Of a stretch of 64,000 nt of DNA, positions 50,860 through 60,191 are shown in pieces (positions within the stretch are counted from its first letter, which is position 1; each line of letters starts with the position of its first letter). Location of the stretch: IMG/VR virus record IMGVR_UViG_3300042445_002020. One strand, given 5' to 3'. Source of the DNA: an uncultured virus (IMG/VR IMGVR_UViG_3300042445_002020) (lineage: Duplodnaviria; Heunggongvirae; Uroviricota; Caudoviricetes). Under the pieces are notes generated by a model. It ran no database searches, was not told where the DNA came from, and saw only the letters and a program-made list of their open reading frames with translations. The translations under genes were made by a program, and so were the position numbers.

Positions 50860-51877
50860 AATATTTTCAATACCATTAAATCCAATGTTATCTGAGGAAG
50901 ATTTCATTGGTAGATTCGTACCATTCTTACAAGAACATAAAGATTGGATATATGATGTTTACTTTACATGTAGAATCCCACCATTCACCCAAGATGCAAT
51001 GGGTTCTGTATTTACACCGGAAGATAGAAACGTTGTAATAGAGAACGCGCTTCAAATACAGGATGTGTTGGGTATTAGAGTTAGCGCAACATTTAATAAT
51101 ATTAACATATCCCCTAATTTCAATAACTATCAAATGTTTATTGAGAACCTTAAACCATTATATGAAAAGGGATTAAGATGTATAACCATACCACACGCAC
51201 ATTGGGTTGCTATGGGTCTTAAGAAACACTTTCCTGATATGGAAATTAAGAATACTATTCTTAGGAAGGTAGCAACAGCACAAGACTTCTGGTACAATGC
51301 GGAGCAAGGATTTGATTACATCAACATCGATAGAATTTTAATGAGAGATGTTGAAGAATTAAAAAACATTAGACGAGCTCAATTACAATTCCAACAGAAA
51401 TATGGTAGGTATGTAAACATTGCATTATTAACGAATGAAGGTTGTTTAGGTAGATGTCCAATGATGGATGAACACTATTCATACAATAACTTAAAGACTG
51501 ATAATGAGTTACCATATTTTAGACACGAGATATCAAAAGTAACTTGTGAATATAAATGGGAAAAAGAAATTAATGCGTTCTTTTTTAAAGCTGCAACCAT
51601 ACCACCATTTAAGAAAGACTATGATGAATTTCTTAACTATGTTGATGTATTCAAAATGCACGGAAGAGATAGTTTCAATAAGTTAGATGATACTATGAGT
51701 GTAATTAAAGCATATGCAAAGGGAAATGAAATATTAGGACCAACATCTGAAATATATTTAGATGGTGTACCATCAGATGAATTAGATGGTTGGAGAAATA
51801 AAATTAAAAAATGTAAATTTCAATGTTGGGATTGTAATTACTGCGACATTGTTGCGGACCATAAAAAAGGAAAGTGA
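50852..51877 (+). CDS. U32 peptidase-family (Fe-S hydroxylase-like) protein
   Basis: INIDRILMRD, NEGCLGRCP..H, FKMHGR, CKFQCWDCNYC. Confidence 0.7.
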   Translation: MSKIFSIPLNPMLSEEDFIGRFVPFLQEHKDWIYDVYFTCRIPPFTQDAMGSVFTPEDRNVVIENALQIQDVLGIRVSATFNNINISPNFNNYQMFIENLKPLYEKGLRCITIPHAHWVAMGLKKHFPDMEIKNTILRKVATAQDFWYNAEQGFDYINIDRILMRDVEELKNIRRAQLQFQQKYGRYVNIALLTNEGCLGRCPMMDEHYSYNNLKTDNELPYFRHEISKVTCEYKWEKEINAFFFKAATIPPFKKDYDEFLNYVDVFKMHGRDSFNKLDDTMSVIKAYAKGNEILGPTSEIYLDGVPSDELDGWRNKIKKCKFQCWDCNYCDIVADHKKGK

Positions 51878-52539
51878 TGGATTATATTAAACATATTGAA
51901 GACTCAATACATTGGGCAGAATTAGAAGTATCTAAATTAACCTTAGATATTATAAACATCCAAGGAATCACAAGTAATAAAGTGAAGTGTTTACTCAATA
52001 ACATATGTAATATTGATGGTGCACATTATTTAGAAATTGGTGTATTCAGGGGTTCCACATTTTGTTCTGCAATTTATGGTAATGATATTAAAGCAACTGG
52101 TATTGATAATTGGAGTTCACCATTTTTAATGCCAAACGGAATTAGTCAAAAGATGACATCTTATTTAAGAAGTCAACCCAACGACCCGAAAGAAGAGTTC
52201 TTATCGAACGTAAAGAAATTTGGTAACGTGGAAAACATGAATGTGTATCGTGCAAATTATTTAGAGTTTGATTATTCAACCATAGAACCATTAGATATTA
52301 TATTCTATGATGGGGAAACAAAATACTATGACCAATACACAACAATTAAGAAATTAATTCCACATATGTCAGATAAATGTATTCTCATTGTAGATGATTG
52401 GAATTGGCAAAAAGAGGGTGCAATTAAAGCATTAGAAGAAAGTAATTCTATTATCACATATCAAAAAAATATACATACAAGTGGAGAAGATTCTAAAGAC
52501 TTTTGGAATGGTCTTGGAATATTTTTAATTGAAAGGTAA
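51874..52539 (+). CDS. Class I SAM-dependent methyltransferase
   Basis: YLEIGVFRGST, GIDNW, DIIFYDG, IVDDWNW. Confidence 0.85.
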   Translation: MMDYIKHIEDSIHWAELEVSKLTLDIINIQGITSNKVKCLLNNICNIDGAHYLEIGVFRGSTFCSAIYGNDIKATGIDNWSSPFLMPNGISQKMTSYLRSQPNDPKEEFLSNVKKFGNVENMNVYRANYLEFDYSTIEPLDIIFYDGETKYYDQYTTIKKLIPHMSDKCILIVDDWNWQKEGAIKALEESNSIITYQKNIHTSGEDSKDFWNGLGIFLIER

Positions 52540-52568
52540 TTGATTATCTGATATTTTTTGTTTATATT
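52540..52568 (+). promoter_or_regulatory. Sigma70-like promoter TTGATT-17-TATATT
   Basis: Lies directly upstream of the tRNA; same pattern as 47653 and 27072. Confidence 0.55.
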
Positions 52569-52582
52569 ATAATATATTGTAA

Positions 52583-52672
52583 GGGGAGGTGGGTGAGTGG
52601 TTTAAACCGACAGCCTCCGAAGCTGCTATTGGACTTAACATTCAATCGAGAGTCCGAATCTCTTCCTCCCCG
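52583..52672 (+). tRNA. Type II (long variable arm) tRNA with Ser-like body and CCG (Arg) anticodon
   Basis: Acceptor GGGGAGG/CCTCCCC, D arm GGTG-AGTGGTTTA-AACC, anticodon arm ACAGC-CTCCGAA-GCTGC, variable stem ATTGGA/TTCAAT, T arm GAGAG-TCCGAAT-CTCTT, discriminator G, no encoded CCA. Confidence 0.85.
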
Positions 52673-52705
52673 CAATTTTATAAACTTTTCTTAAACAAAA
52701 ACAAA

Positions 52706-53590
52706 ATGAGAAAAACAATCACAATGCTATCGCTAATGTTAGCACTATTGTTTACTACCACTATGTCATTTGGACAATACAGTAGTAGTGCAATTCAGAA
52801 AGGTTCAGAACAATCCTTAAAAGTTCAAACGGACACAGTCCCTAATCAATTACAAGAAATTGTTGTTACAGCAAAGAAGGTACCTTTAATGACCAAGGTA
52901 GGTCCTTACGGTCAACCACTTTGGACAACAATGAGAATGTTTGCATCCACTAGAGTTTATGTGATGAACCCACCAGGTACCGCAATGTACGAGAAGTGGT
53001 TTGATATCAGACAAAGAAGAAACGGACCGGCACAAATCAGAATGAGGGATGAGTTCACATTCGGTTTGGGTAAAAGACTTCAGTTAGACTTATATTCACA
53101 TACGGTTTATGATGGATACAATGGAGACAAAGAATTCAAATGGAGAGGGTTCTCTTGGGAATTTCGTTATGCTCTTGCCGATTGGGGTAAGTTATGGGGT
53201 AACCCAACTCTTTATTGGGAAACAAAAATGTTAGATGGTCGTTGGGGTATCGAACCAAAATTATTATTGGGTGACAGAATCGGAGAAAGAGGTATTTGGG
53301 GATTCAACGCAATTTATGAAGGTAATTTATCAAGAGTCAAAGAACTTCGTGAAGACGAATACGCTTACACTGCATCGTACGCTAACATCATCAATAATGA
53401 TTTAACTTTAGGTGTGTCACATATGTTTAGATACAACGATTTTGATGGAGGTTCACAAGAGTGGTATCTTGGGCCACTACTTCAATATCGATTTAATAAC
53501 AAGGCTTATTTGAATGTTGAGCACATGCCAGGTCTTAATCAAGACGCAAAACAATCAAGAACCACAATTATATTTGCATGGAGATTTTAA
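52706..53590 (+). CDS. Outer-membrane beta-barrel protein with signal peptide
   Basis: True start MRKTITMLSLMLALLF... (the track start lies inside the tRNA). LQEIVVTA TonB-box-like motif, amphipathic strands, ends IFAWRF. Confidence 0.75.
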   Translation: MRKTITMLSLMLALLFTTTMSFGQYSSSAIQKGSEQSLKVQTDTVPNQLQEIVVTAKKVPLMTKVGPYGQPLWTTMRMFASTRVYVMNPPGTAMYEKWFDIRQRRNGPAQIRMRDEFTFGLGKRLQLDLYSHTVYDGYNGDKEFKWRGFSWEFRYALADWGKLWGNPTLYWETKMLDGRWGIEPKLLLGDRIGERGIWGFNAIYEGNLSRVKELREDEYAYTASYANIINNDLTLGVSHMFRYNDFDGGSQEWYLGPLLQYRFNNKAYLNVEHMPGLNQDAKQSRTTIIFAWRF

Positions 53591-54585
53591 TCAAAGGACA
53601 AGAGTTTCTTGTCTACTTAATATTCATTATGTTCGTAACAGGTATCCTCAAAGAAAGAGGATACCTTATGGACATATTCAGACTACTTGAACAAAAAGTT
53701 AAGTCTAAGAGGATGGTAGTGTTTTTAGTATCACTCTTTGGTGGTATCCTACCTATTCCTGGACGTGTTGCATTATCGGCATCAATGTTAAACAGCATTG
53801 CTCCTGTTGATAATAAGAAACGTAAGAAGTTTGGTATCATCGATTACTTAGCAACACATCATTACTATCTATGGTCTCCATTAGAGAAAACGGTTATCAT
53901 TCCAATGGCTGTGTTAAGTTTAACTTATATGCAATTCATGTCATATATTTGGCCATTACTTTTAATATCGGTATTGTATGTTACATATTATATCTTATCA
54001 TTAAATGACGATGAGATTGATATTGAAGTTAAAGATGGACCAATTAATATGCAAAACATAACGATGGTGGTTATACCATTTTTAGTAACCATATTAATGT
54101 GTGTGTTTTTTACTAAATACTATTTTGGTTTCTTCACAGGATTCACAATATGGTTAGTTTATTACTCTAAAAGTTGGAGTAAAATATTGGGGTATATCGA
54201 TTGGGAACTAATATGGATCGTTGCTTTAGTTATTATTTTAGGTAACTTGGTTGGTTCATATTATAATGTGATTGAAGGGTACATTAAACAATATAGTAAA
54301 CCCGAACACATTTTAGTTGTTGCAATGATATCATTTCTTTCATCATTTATGTTGGGGTCATCCGCAAAATATGCAAGTATCGTTAGTTTATTAACAAGTG
54401 TCTTTGGGATGCATTATTTCGTATTATTCTTTACATTAGAATATTCAGCATATTTGATATCCCCATCACATAAATGTCTACCAATCGGTCAAAAGTATTT
54501 CCATACTGGATTTATGACCTACTTGAAGGCTTTAATTGTGTGGATATCTCTTATGATTACTTATGCACTATTGACAATAATTTAA
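53578..54585 (+). CDS. Multi-pass inner-membrane permease (DUF401/ion-transporter-like)
   Basis: Many hydrophobic helices; GGILPIPGRVALSA and YLISPSHKCL. Confidence 0.7.
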   Translation: MEILIKGQEFLVYLIFIMFVTGILKERGYLMDIFRLLEQKVKSKRMVVFLVSLFGGILPIPGRVALSASMLNSIAPVDNKKRKKFGIIDYLATHHYYLWSPLEKTVIIPMAVLSLTYMQFMSYIWPLLLISVLYVTYYILSLNDDEIDIEVKDGPINMQNITMVVIPFLVTILMCVFFTKYYFGFFTGFTIWLVYYSKSWSKILGYIDWELIWIVALVIILGNLVGSYYNVIEGYIKQYSKPEHILVVAMISFLSSFMLGSSAKYASIVSLLTSVFGMHYFVLFFTLEYSAYLISPSHKCLPIGQKYFHTGFMTYLKALIVWISLMITYALLTII

Positions 54586-54636
54586 TCTTTACATTTTTAA
54601 AATTAAGATATATATTATAAAAGATAATTAAAAAAT

Positions 54637-55107
54637 ATGGAAAAAATTACGTTAAAATTGGGAGACGTTCTACAATTAGAAAGTGAAATAAACGGATATA
54701 TTGAACCACAAACCGGAGAACAAGTGTTTGAGGGATTCAGTAAACAAAACCTATCAATCATTTTGAAATATGAATTGAGTGACTTCTCAACAGAACTTAA
54801 AGGTGAGAGAACTAAGGTTGAAGCATTAAGAGATGAGTTAATCAAAAAATATGGTGAAGAAGATGGTAAGGGTGGTGTCTTAGTTAAAATGTATAATGAA
54901 TTGAAAGATGAGGAAGGTAACGTAACTGGTAAAGTTATTAACCCACAATACATCGAATTTGATAATGAATATGGTGTACTTTTAAATCAAGAAATTGAAA
55001 TCGAATACCCTGAAATTACCAAAGAAGATTTAAAGGATGCAGGTAAAACGAAAGACAAATATCAGGTCTTATTTAAATTAATCAAAAAAGAAAAAGGGAC
55101 TTTATAG
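54637..55107 (+). CDS. Hypothetical acidic/helical protein
   Basis: Clean ORF with an AT-rich upstream region; no motif recognised. Confidence 0.7.
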   Translation: MEKITLKLGDVLQLESEINGYIEPQTGEQVFEGFSKQNLSIILKYELSDFSTELKGERTKVEALRDELIKKYGEEDGKGGVLVKMYNELKDEEGNVTGKVINPQYIEFDNEYGVLLNQEIEIEYPEITKEDLKDAGKTKDKYQVLFKLIKKEKGTL

Positions 55108-55119
55108 TCCCTTTTTTTT
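55091..55119. terminator. Bidirectional rho-independent terminator
   Basis: AAAAAGGGACT-TTAT-AGTCCCTTTTTTTT at the junction of convergent genes; both stop codons lie in the hairpin. Confidence 0.85.
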
Positions 55120-55950
55120 ATACTCATCTATATAATCGTATAGATTTACAATTGGTTTCCAATCTAAAATTAGTCTAGCCAATGTACTTTCACATAAAGT
55201 TTCTTGAGCCTCTCCTGGTTTATCTTTCATATAAACTCTATCTTTTTTAAACATATCAGCAACTTCATTTAAAGAAAAATTTTGACCCCTACCTAATTCA
55301 AATGTGTGTCCCCACGATTCCTTATCACATATCTTAATTAATGCGTTAACAATATCATCAATGTGTGTGAAGTCCCTTCTTTTAGAACCATCACCATATA
55401 TTGTTAAAGGATTACCATCATCATATTGTTTCTCCCATCTACCGATTACCGTACTATAACCACCATCTCTTAAATGATGTGGACCATATACGTTATAAAA
55501 ACGAGTTATGGATGACTTTAAATCAAAATGTTCTTGATAAAGTTTAATAATCTCCTCACCAATATCCTTACTGAAAGTGTACGGATTTTTAAACTTACCA
55601 CTATGGTGTGAACTACTTCCGGCATAAATTAATGGTATGTCATTCTTAACACAATATTGTGCCACGTTCAATGTACCATTTGTATTCGTTTCAAAATATT
55701 CAACGGGATGTTTAAATGATGGTTGTATTCTTGCAATTGCTGCAAGGTGAAATATAATGTTATATCTCACGTTATCTAATATTCCTAGATTTCTAACATC
55801 ACCACATATATAATTTGCACCATCTTGGTGATTGGAACTAAAACCACTTAAGTAGTTATCTAACGATGTAACATCGTGACCATCTTTTAAAAGTCTTTTA
55901 ATTAAATTGGTACCAACAAATCCGGCACCTCCTGTTACAAGTATATTCAT
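55102..55950 (-). CDS. NAD-dependent nucleotide-sugar epimerase/dehydratase
   Basis: VTGGAGFVG, HLAA, YTFSK, RFYNVYGP, GDGSKRRDFTH. Confidence 0.92.
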   Translation of the reverse strand: MNILVTGGAGFVGTNLIKRLLKDGHDVTSLDNYLSGFSSNHQDGANYICGDVRNLGILDNVRYNIIFHLAAIARIQPSFKHPVEYFETNTNGTLNVAQYCVKNDIPLIYAGSSSHHSGKFKNPYTFSKDIGEEIIKLYQEHFDLKSSITRFYNVYGPHHLRDGGYSTVIGRWEKQYDDGNPLTIYGDGSKRRDFTHIDDIVNALIKICDKESWGHTFELGRGQNFSLNEVADMFKKDRVYMKDKPGEAQETLCESTLARLILDWKPIVNLYDYIDEYKKKGL

Positions 55951-57059
55951 TAAATAGTTTTTTTAATAACTATCATCATATTTCCTATTTGGTATTCACC
56001 AGGTTCGTAGTAAGGTATTGATAACCTTATTTTATGTAAAGTTCTAATGTCATCATCTGTAAACTGGTCAACTTCTGTAATCATCACGTCAACCGTGTCT
56101 GTAAGGGTAAATTTTGACCTTAAATCGTATCGTGTATTCTTTTGTTCATTCTCAATATAAGTCTCAGGAATCTCCCCTAAATCGATTTTATCAAAGAATG
56201 GTTCCACTTCCATTAATCTATTTCTATTACGAGTGGTTAAACCCATATTAAAAGTCTTATAAGTAAAGTTATCCTCTTCCCAATACCTAAGTTCGTTAAA
56301 TGCTGAGATTGGTACACCCCACTTTCTAATAAAGTTTCTATTAGATGAAACCTCATATAACATTCTATCTTTTTTAAACTCATCACTAAATCTCGATGTC
56401 TGCGAAACAAAATGATAGGTGATTGCAGAATCACAGGTTTTTAAATTATAACCTTTTAGTTTCGCACGGATTAAGAAATCGTCATCCTCACAAAATGCAG
56501 GTACAAAACTGAAACCATCAAACCCACCAACATCTTCAAACATTTTTTTAGTTCCACTCATAAAGAACACCGCACCATTGTATAAATTCTTACTATCTTT
56601 CCATTGGTCCACATAAACATTAAAATGATATTGGTCAAAGTTATCAAACCCTGAACCTAAATCTAATAATACTTTACCTGCTCTTTGATGTCCTCTAAAA
56701 ATTGGGGGTTCGATAGTTGTATATGATAATAAAGTATTTGGATTCTCATCTAATAATCTATCTAAGTTCTCTAAGAATTGTTCACCGATTACCATATCGT
56801 TGTGAATCAATACAAGTTTTTCTGTATCAACAAGTTTAATGGCGGCATTATACGTTTCAGAAAATGTTAACCTATCATCATCATGAATAAAAGAAAGGTT
56901 CTTATCTTCCAATGATTCTAACCATTCTTTGGTTCCGTCATATGAACCACCACTACTAATCACCAAAGGTGCTGTTGGATATACGTTACGTAAACGATTA
57001 TAACATTCTTGTGTTAAATCTAATTTATTGTAAACTGCCAATACGAAGGTTATGTTCAT
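55950..57059 (-). CDS. Glycosyltransferase family 2
   Basis: VLAVYN, IHND, VGGFD, CEDDDF. Confidence 0.85.
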   Translation of the reverse strand: MNITFVLAVYNKLDLTQECYNRLRNVYPTAPLVISSGGSYDGTKEWLESLEDKNLSFIHDDDRLTFSETYNAAIKLVDTEKLVLIHNDMVIGEQFLENLDRLLDENPNTLLSYTTIEPPIFRGHQRAGKVLLDLGSGFDNFDQYHFNVYVDQWKDSKNLYNGAVFFMSGTKKMFEDVGGFDGFSFVPAFCEDDDFLIRAKLKGYNLKTCDSAITYHFVSQTSRFSDEFKKDRMLYEVSSNRNFIRKWGVPISAFNELRYWEEDNFTYKTFNMGLTTRNRNRLMEVEPFFDKIDLGEIPETYIENEQKNTRYDLRSKFTLTDTVDVMITEVDQFTDDDIRTLHKIRLSIPYYEPGEYQIGNMMIVIKKTI

Positions 57060-57820
57060 CTGTAAATTTTTGAAAATGTTTGTAATGAAGATATTAAATC
57101 AAGGGATTTCATTACCTCGTATGTTATGGTTTTATTATATCCAGAATCTTTAATCGTTTTGGAAAAGTTCTTATGAAACTCATCTTCTTTAATTACCACT
57201 AACTTTGGTTCAGATACGTGTATATGTTCAATATAATTAAAATACTCTACAAGTTCAACATTAGGGTCCACATTCTCCAATATAGAGTTGTGAGTGTCAA
57301 TCATTGTCTTAATATTTTTTAACTCGTTAGAATCAATAAATTTAACAATATCACTAACCGTGTGAAAAAATTCACCACCGTATGATGATGTGTTAGGTTC
57401 AATTAATACTTTAATATCTGTACCAATCAAGATATTATCCACATAGGTAAAGATTTCAATTAAGGAATCTTCCCATCCATTAGTTTTCTTTCTTAATCCT
57501 GGTGAACCAAACACCAATACCTTAACACCCAATAGTTTAGAATAATAAATTAACTTATCAAAATGTGATTTAATAACATCAACATCGGTTATATCAACAC
57601 ATTTAACACCATAGAATAGTGATTGAATTGAGTATGGAATAATCCCATTGTCATCCAAATATTTTTTATAACTAACAATGTCTTTGGTTTCTAATTCGGA
57701 CCAGTCTTTAATTTTAGTTAAAACGGATTCAATATTATTAATACCATTCTCTTTTAAAGATTTAAATATAGTTTCGGAATCTTGGTTATCCCAAGCAAAA
57801 TTACTTAACGCTAAATTCAT
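57056..57820 (-). CDS. Sugar-phosphate isomerase/epimerase (xylose-isomerase-like TIM barrel)
   Basis: LALSNFAW, LVFGSPGLR, IEPN, DTHN, HIHVSEP, TYE. Confidence 0.85.
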   Translation of the reverse strand: MNLALSNFAWDNQDSETIFKSLKENGINNIESVLTKIKDWSELETKDIVSYKKYLDDNGIIPYSIQSLFYGVKCVDITDVDVIKSHFDKLIYYSKLLGVKVLVFGSPGLRKKTNGWEDSLIEIFTYVDNILIGTDIKVLIEPNTSSYGGEFFHTVSDIVKFIDSNELKNIKTMIDTHNSILENVDPNVELVEYFNYIEHIHVSEPKLVVIKEDEFHKNFSKTIKDSGYNKTITYEVMKSLDLISSLQTFSKIYR

Positions 57821-58559
57821 TGATAAATTGTTTTATTTCTTTTAATACGTTATGTTTATTCGAAATGTACCCACCAAATTTGGTATGGTAATCATATGTC
57901 ACTTTACTTCCATTTTGAACTTTATCTGTATATTCAGAAAATAACTCAACAATTTCTGATGTGTGTATTGGTTCCGTAAATAAATTGAATACCACTTCCT
58001 CAGGGTACTCCGTTGAAAACTTATCTATGTCAGATTTTAGATTATCTAAATTATACCATTGGAAAAATGAATTTTGATTAATTTGTTCCACGTTATTATT
58101 GTGTATTAAATCATATAAAACATTTTTCTTGATGTTTTTATTAAACAATGCTGGTAATCTGAATATTTTTAAATCATCTGTCTTCACCATTTCTTTAACC
58201 ATCAATTCAAATATATAACGGTTATTACCGTAACTCAATTTACTGATATTAGGTGAATATGTTTCATCTGAAAAAATAGGAGAATCATTATAAACATCAA
58301 TTGTTGAAATAAGAGTTACTTTAGAATATTTTAATATCGATATTGTCTCAATTATTTTATGAATATTATTCATATCATCCTTTAGATTCTTATTCACCAT
58401 CCATTTCGTTGCGGGTAGACAAGTTAAGAACAACTCATCTCCGTTTTGTGCAAAGTCCGTAAATGTATCTAAATTTTTACTGTTAAAAGTGTGGTCGTAT
58501 GATTCACTTTCTAAAATAGTGGATCCAACAAGACCCGTGTTACCTATTATTAATTTCAT
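57801..58559 (-). CDS. NAD(P)-binding Rossmann-fold sugar-nucleotide enzyme
   Basis: IIGNTGLVG, PATKW, LISTIDVY, YGNNR, RLPALF. Confidence 0.8.
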   Translation of the reverse strand: MKLIIGNTGLVGSTILESESYDHTFNSKNLDTFTDFAQNGDELFLTCLPATKWMVNKNLKDDMNNIHKIIETISILKYSKVTLISTIDVYNDSPIFSDETYSPNISKLSYGNNRYIFELMVKEMVKTDDLKIFRLPALFNKNIKKNVLYDLIHNNNVEQINQNSFFQWYNLDNLKSDIDKFSTEYPEEVVFNLFTEPIHTSEIVELFSEYTDKVQNGSKVTYDYHTKFGGYISNKHNVLKEIKQFINEFSVK

Positions 58560-59529
58560 TTTGTATGTATTTTTCGATTATATAAATTCCTTGTATTTTA
58601 CCCGTAAAGCAGTTTATTATGTTACCGTCCTTGGAAATCACTGGATATCTTTCATCGGAGGTACTAACAATTTTAGATTTTGTTGATAAAAAATAACCAT
58701 TATATTCATAATGGGATAAAAAATCAGGTAAATAATGTTTAACTTTCTTTTCCATTAGAATCAATTTTTTATTAACAAAATCTTGATCGATGGTTTTTAT
58801 GTAATTTTTTAATTTTCTAACACTACTAAATTTTTTTACTGGAGTATGTTCCACATCAGTTAGCGTATATATATCGTCTTTATATGGGTATATTGAAAAG
58901 AACTCACCATCTACCATAGTTAACGCGTCAAAATTTGTATGTTTTATTTTTTTATATAATAAAGAAATTGTTAATTCATAAAAAGAATTTTTACAAGTGG
59001 AATGTTTAATATGGTTATTTGTTGCGTTAATAACTAAATCGTATTCTTTGGATATTCTACCCAACTCTTTTTTATCTATATTAATATTGGTTGTTATATT
59101 TTTTAATTTATCATTAAAAAACTTATGTGCCTTATCGAAATCAATATGTCTTTCATTAGTATTCACACAACCCTCAACATCCTCAAATTTTATATCGGAT
59201 AATTCTTTATCAAACTCACGGAATATTTGAAGATAAGTTACATAATCGATAACGGATTTAGTGTTGGGAACACAATATAAATTATTTGGAACCTCCTTCG
59301 TTAAAAAACCATAATCAGACATAAACTGATTAAATGTATTTTTACACATTTGTCTGGTTTTATTGTTTCTGGCATAGTGAAATCCTAAATGTAATCTATT
59401 TTGATTATTATAAGAAGTTTCAGTAAATAACAAATTATTTTTGTCAAACAAAGTTACATTGTGATTACCTTTTAACTTATATGCTAAATGACATCCCACC
59501 CAACCACCTCCAATAATTGCAATTTTCAT
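58540..59529 (-). CDS. FAD-dependent oxidoreductase
   Basis: MKIAIIGGGWVG, NQNRLHLGFHY, GKI. Start moved to 59529 (TAATG overlap). Confidence 0.85.
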   Translation of the reverse strand: MKIAIIGGGWVGCHLAYKLKGNHNVTLFDKNNLLFTETSYNNQNRLHLGFHYARNNKTRQMCKNTFNQFMSDYGFLTKEVPNNLYCVPNTKSVIDYVTYLQIFREFDKELSDIKFEDVEGCVNTNERHIDFDKAHKFFNDKLKNITTNINIDKKELGRISKEYDLVINATNNHIKHSTCKNSFYELTISLLYKKIKHTNFDALTMVDGEFFSIYPYKDDIYTLTDVEHTPVKKFSSVRKLKNYIKTIDQDFVNKKLILMEKKVKHYLPDFLSHYEYNGYFLSTKSKIVSTSDERYPVISKDGNIINCFTGKIQGIYIIEKYIQNEINNR

Positions 59530-60191
59530 TAAATTGTTCTTTGTAATATTGGTGATTGGCCCCAATTGGATTTATTTTTATATAGGTCTAATGAAAAGTA
59601 ATATTCAGTTCTTCTTTGTGTATTAGTACCAAACCAATTATCATTATCCGCAACCTCCCATCTAGCATCATCATTATAAATTAGTGGCATTGGTTCTGTC
59701 ATCCACATAATGTAATCTTCATATGGAACACCCCAATTTTTCCAATGATTCATTGACTCTTCAGAATAATCGGTATTTCTAATTGACATTATTTTTTCTT
59801 TAACTGACAATAAGTAATCATACTTATATGTACCCATAGTCATTGCGGGTTTATTATTCAAAGAAAGTTTAATAGCACCTTCGGGAATGTTATATAATAA
59901 TTTTTTAAAATCTGGTCCAAATTTACAAGTGTCATGTACGAGGAACCAATATTCAGATTCCAATTGCTTATCGACAATCTCAATAAGCGGACTATACTCA
60001 TATGAATTGTGGTCTAATCTATGGTGATGAATACCATCAATTACTTGGTACTCGTAATTATCAAATCCAGCATTAAATACATGTATATTGTCACGTTCAA
60101 TACCTCTCTCAATTAAAGATGGAATTATAATTGGTAGTGTTGATTTATAAAAATTTATATTTGTTGCTATTGCTATTTTAATTGTGTACAT
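59529..60191 (-). CDS. Hypothetical glycosyltransferase-like protein
   Basis: NSYEY, YWFLVHDTC; operon context. Confidence 0.5.
   Translation of the reverse strand: MYTIKIAIATNINFYKSTLPIIIPSLIERGIERDNIHVFNAGFDNYEYQVIDGIHHHRLDHNSYEYSPLIEIVDKQLESEYWFLVHDTCKFGPDFKKLLYNIPEGAIKLSLNNKPAMTMGTYKYDYLLSVKEKIMSIRNTDYSEESMNHWKNWGVPYEDYIMWMTEPMPLIYNDDARWEVADNDNWFGTNTQRRTEYYFSLDLYKNKSNWGQSPILQRTI

Noticed and set aside
52589..52705. N-terminal 39 aa of track ORF 52589..53590
   Set aside because: It overlaps the tRNA; the signal peptide begins at ATG 52706.
47701..54585. C-termini EKLL (48465) and LTII (54585), and TEII (7717), as members of the LI-tail family
   Set aside because: They lie outside the island, are not LI, and mostly lack the basic linker context, so they were not counted.
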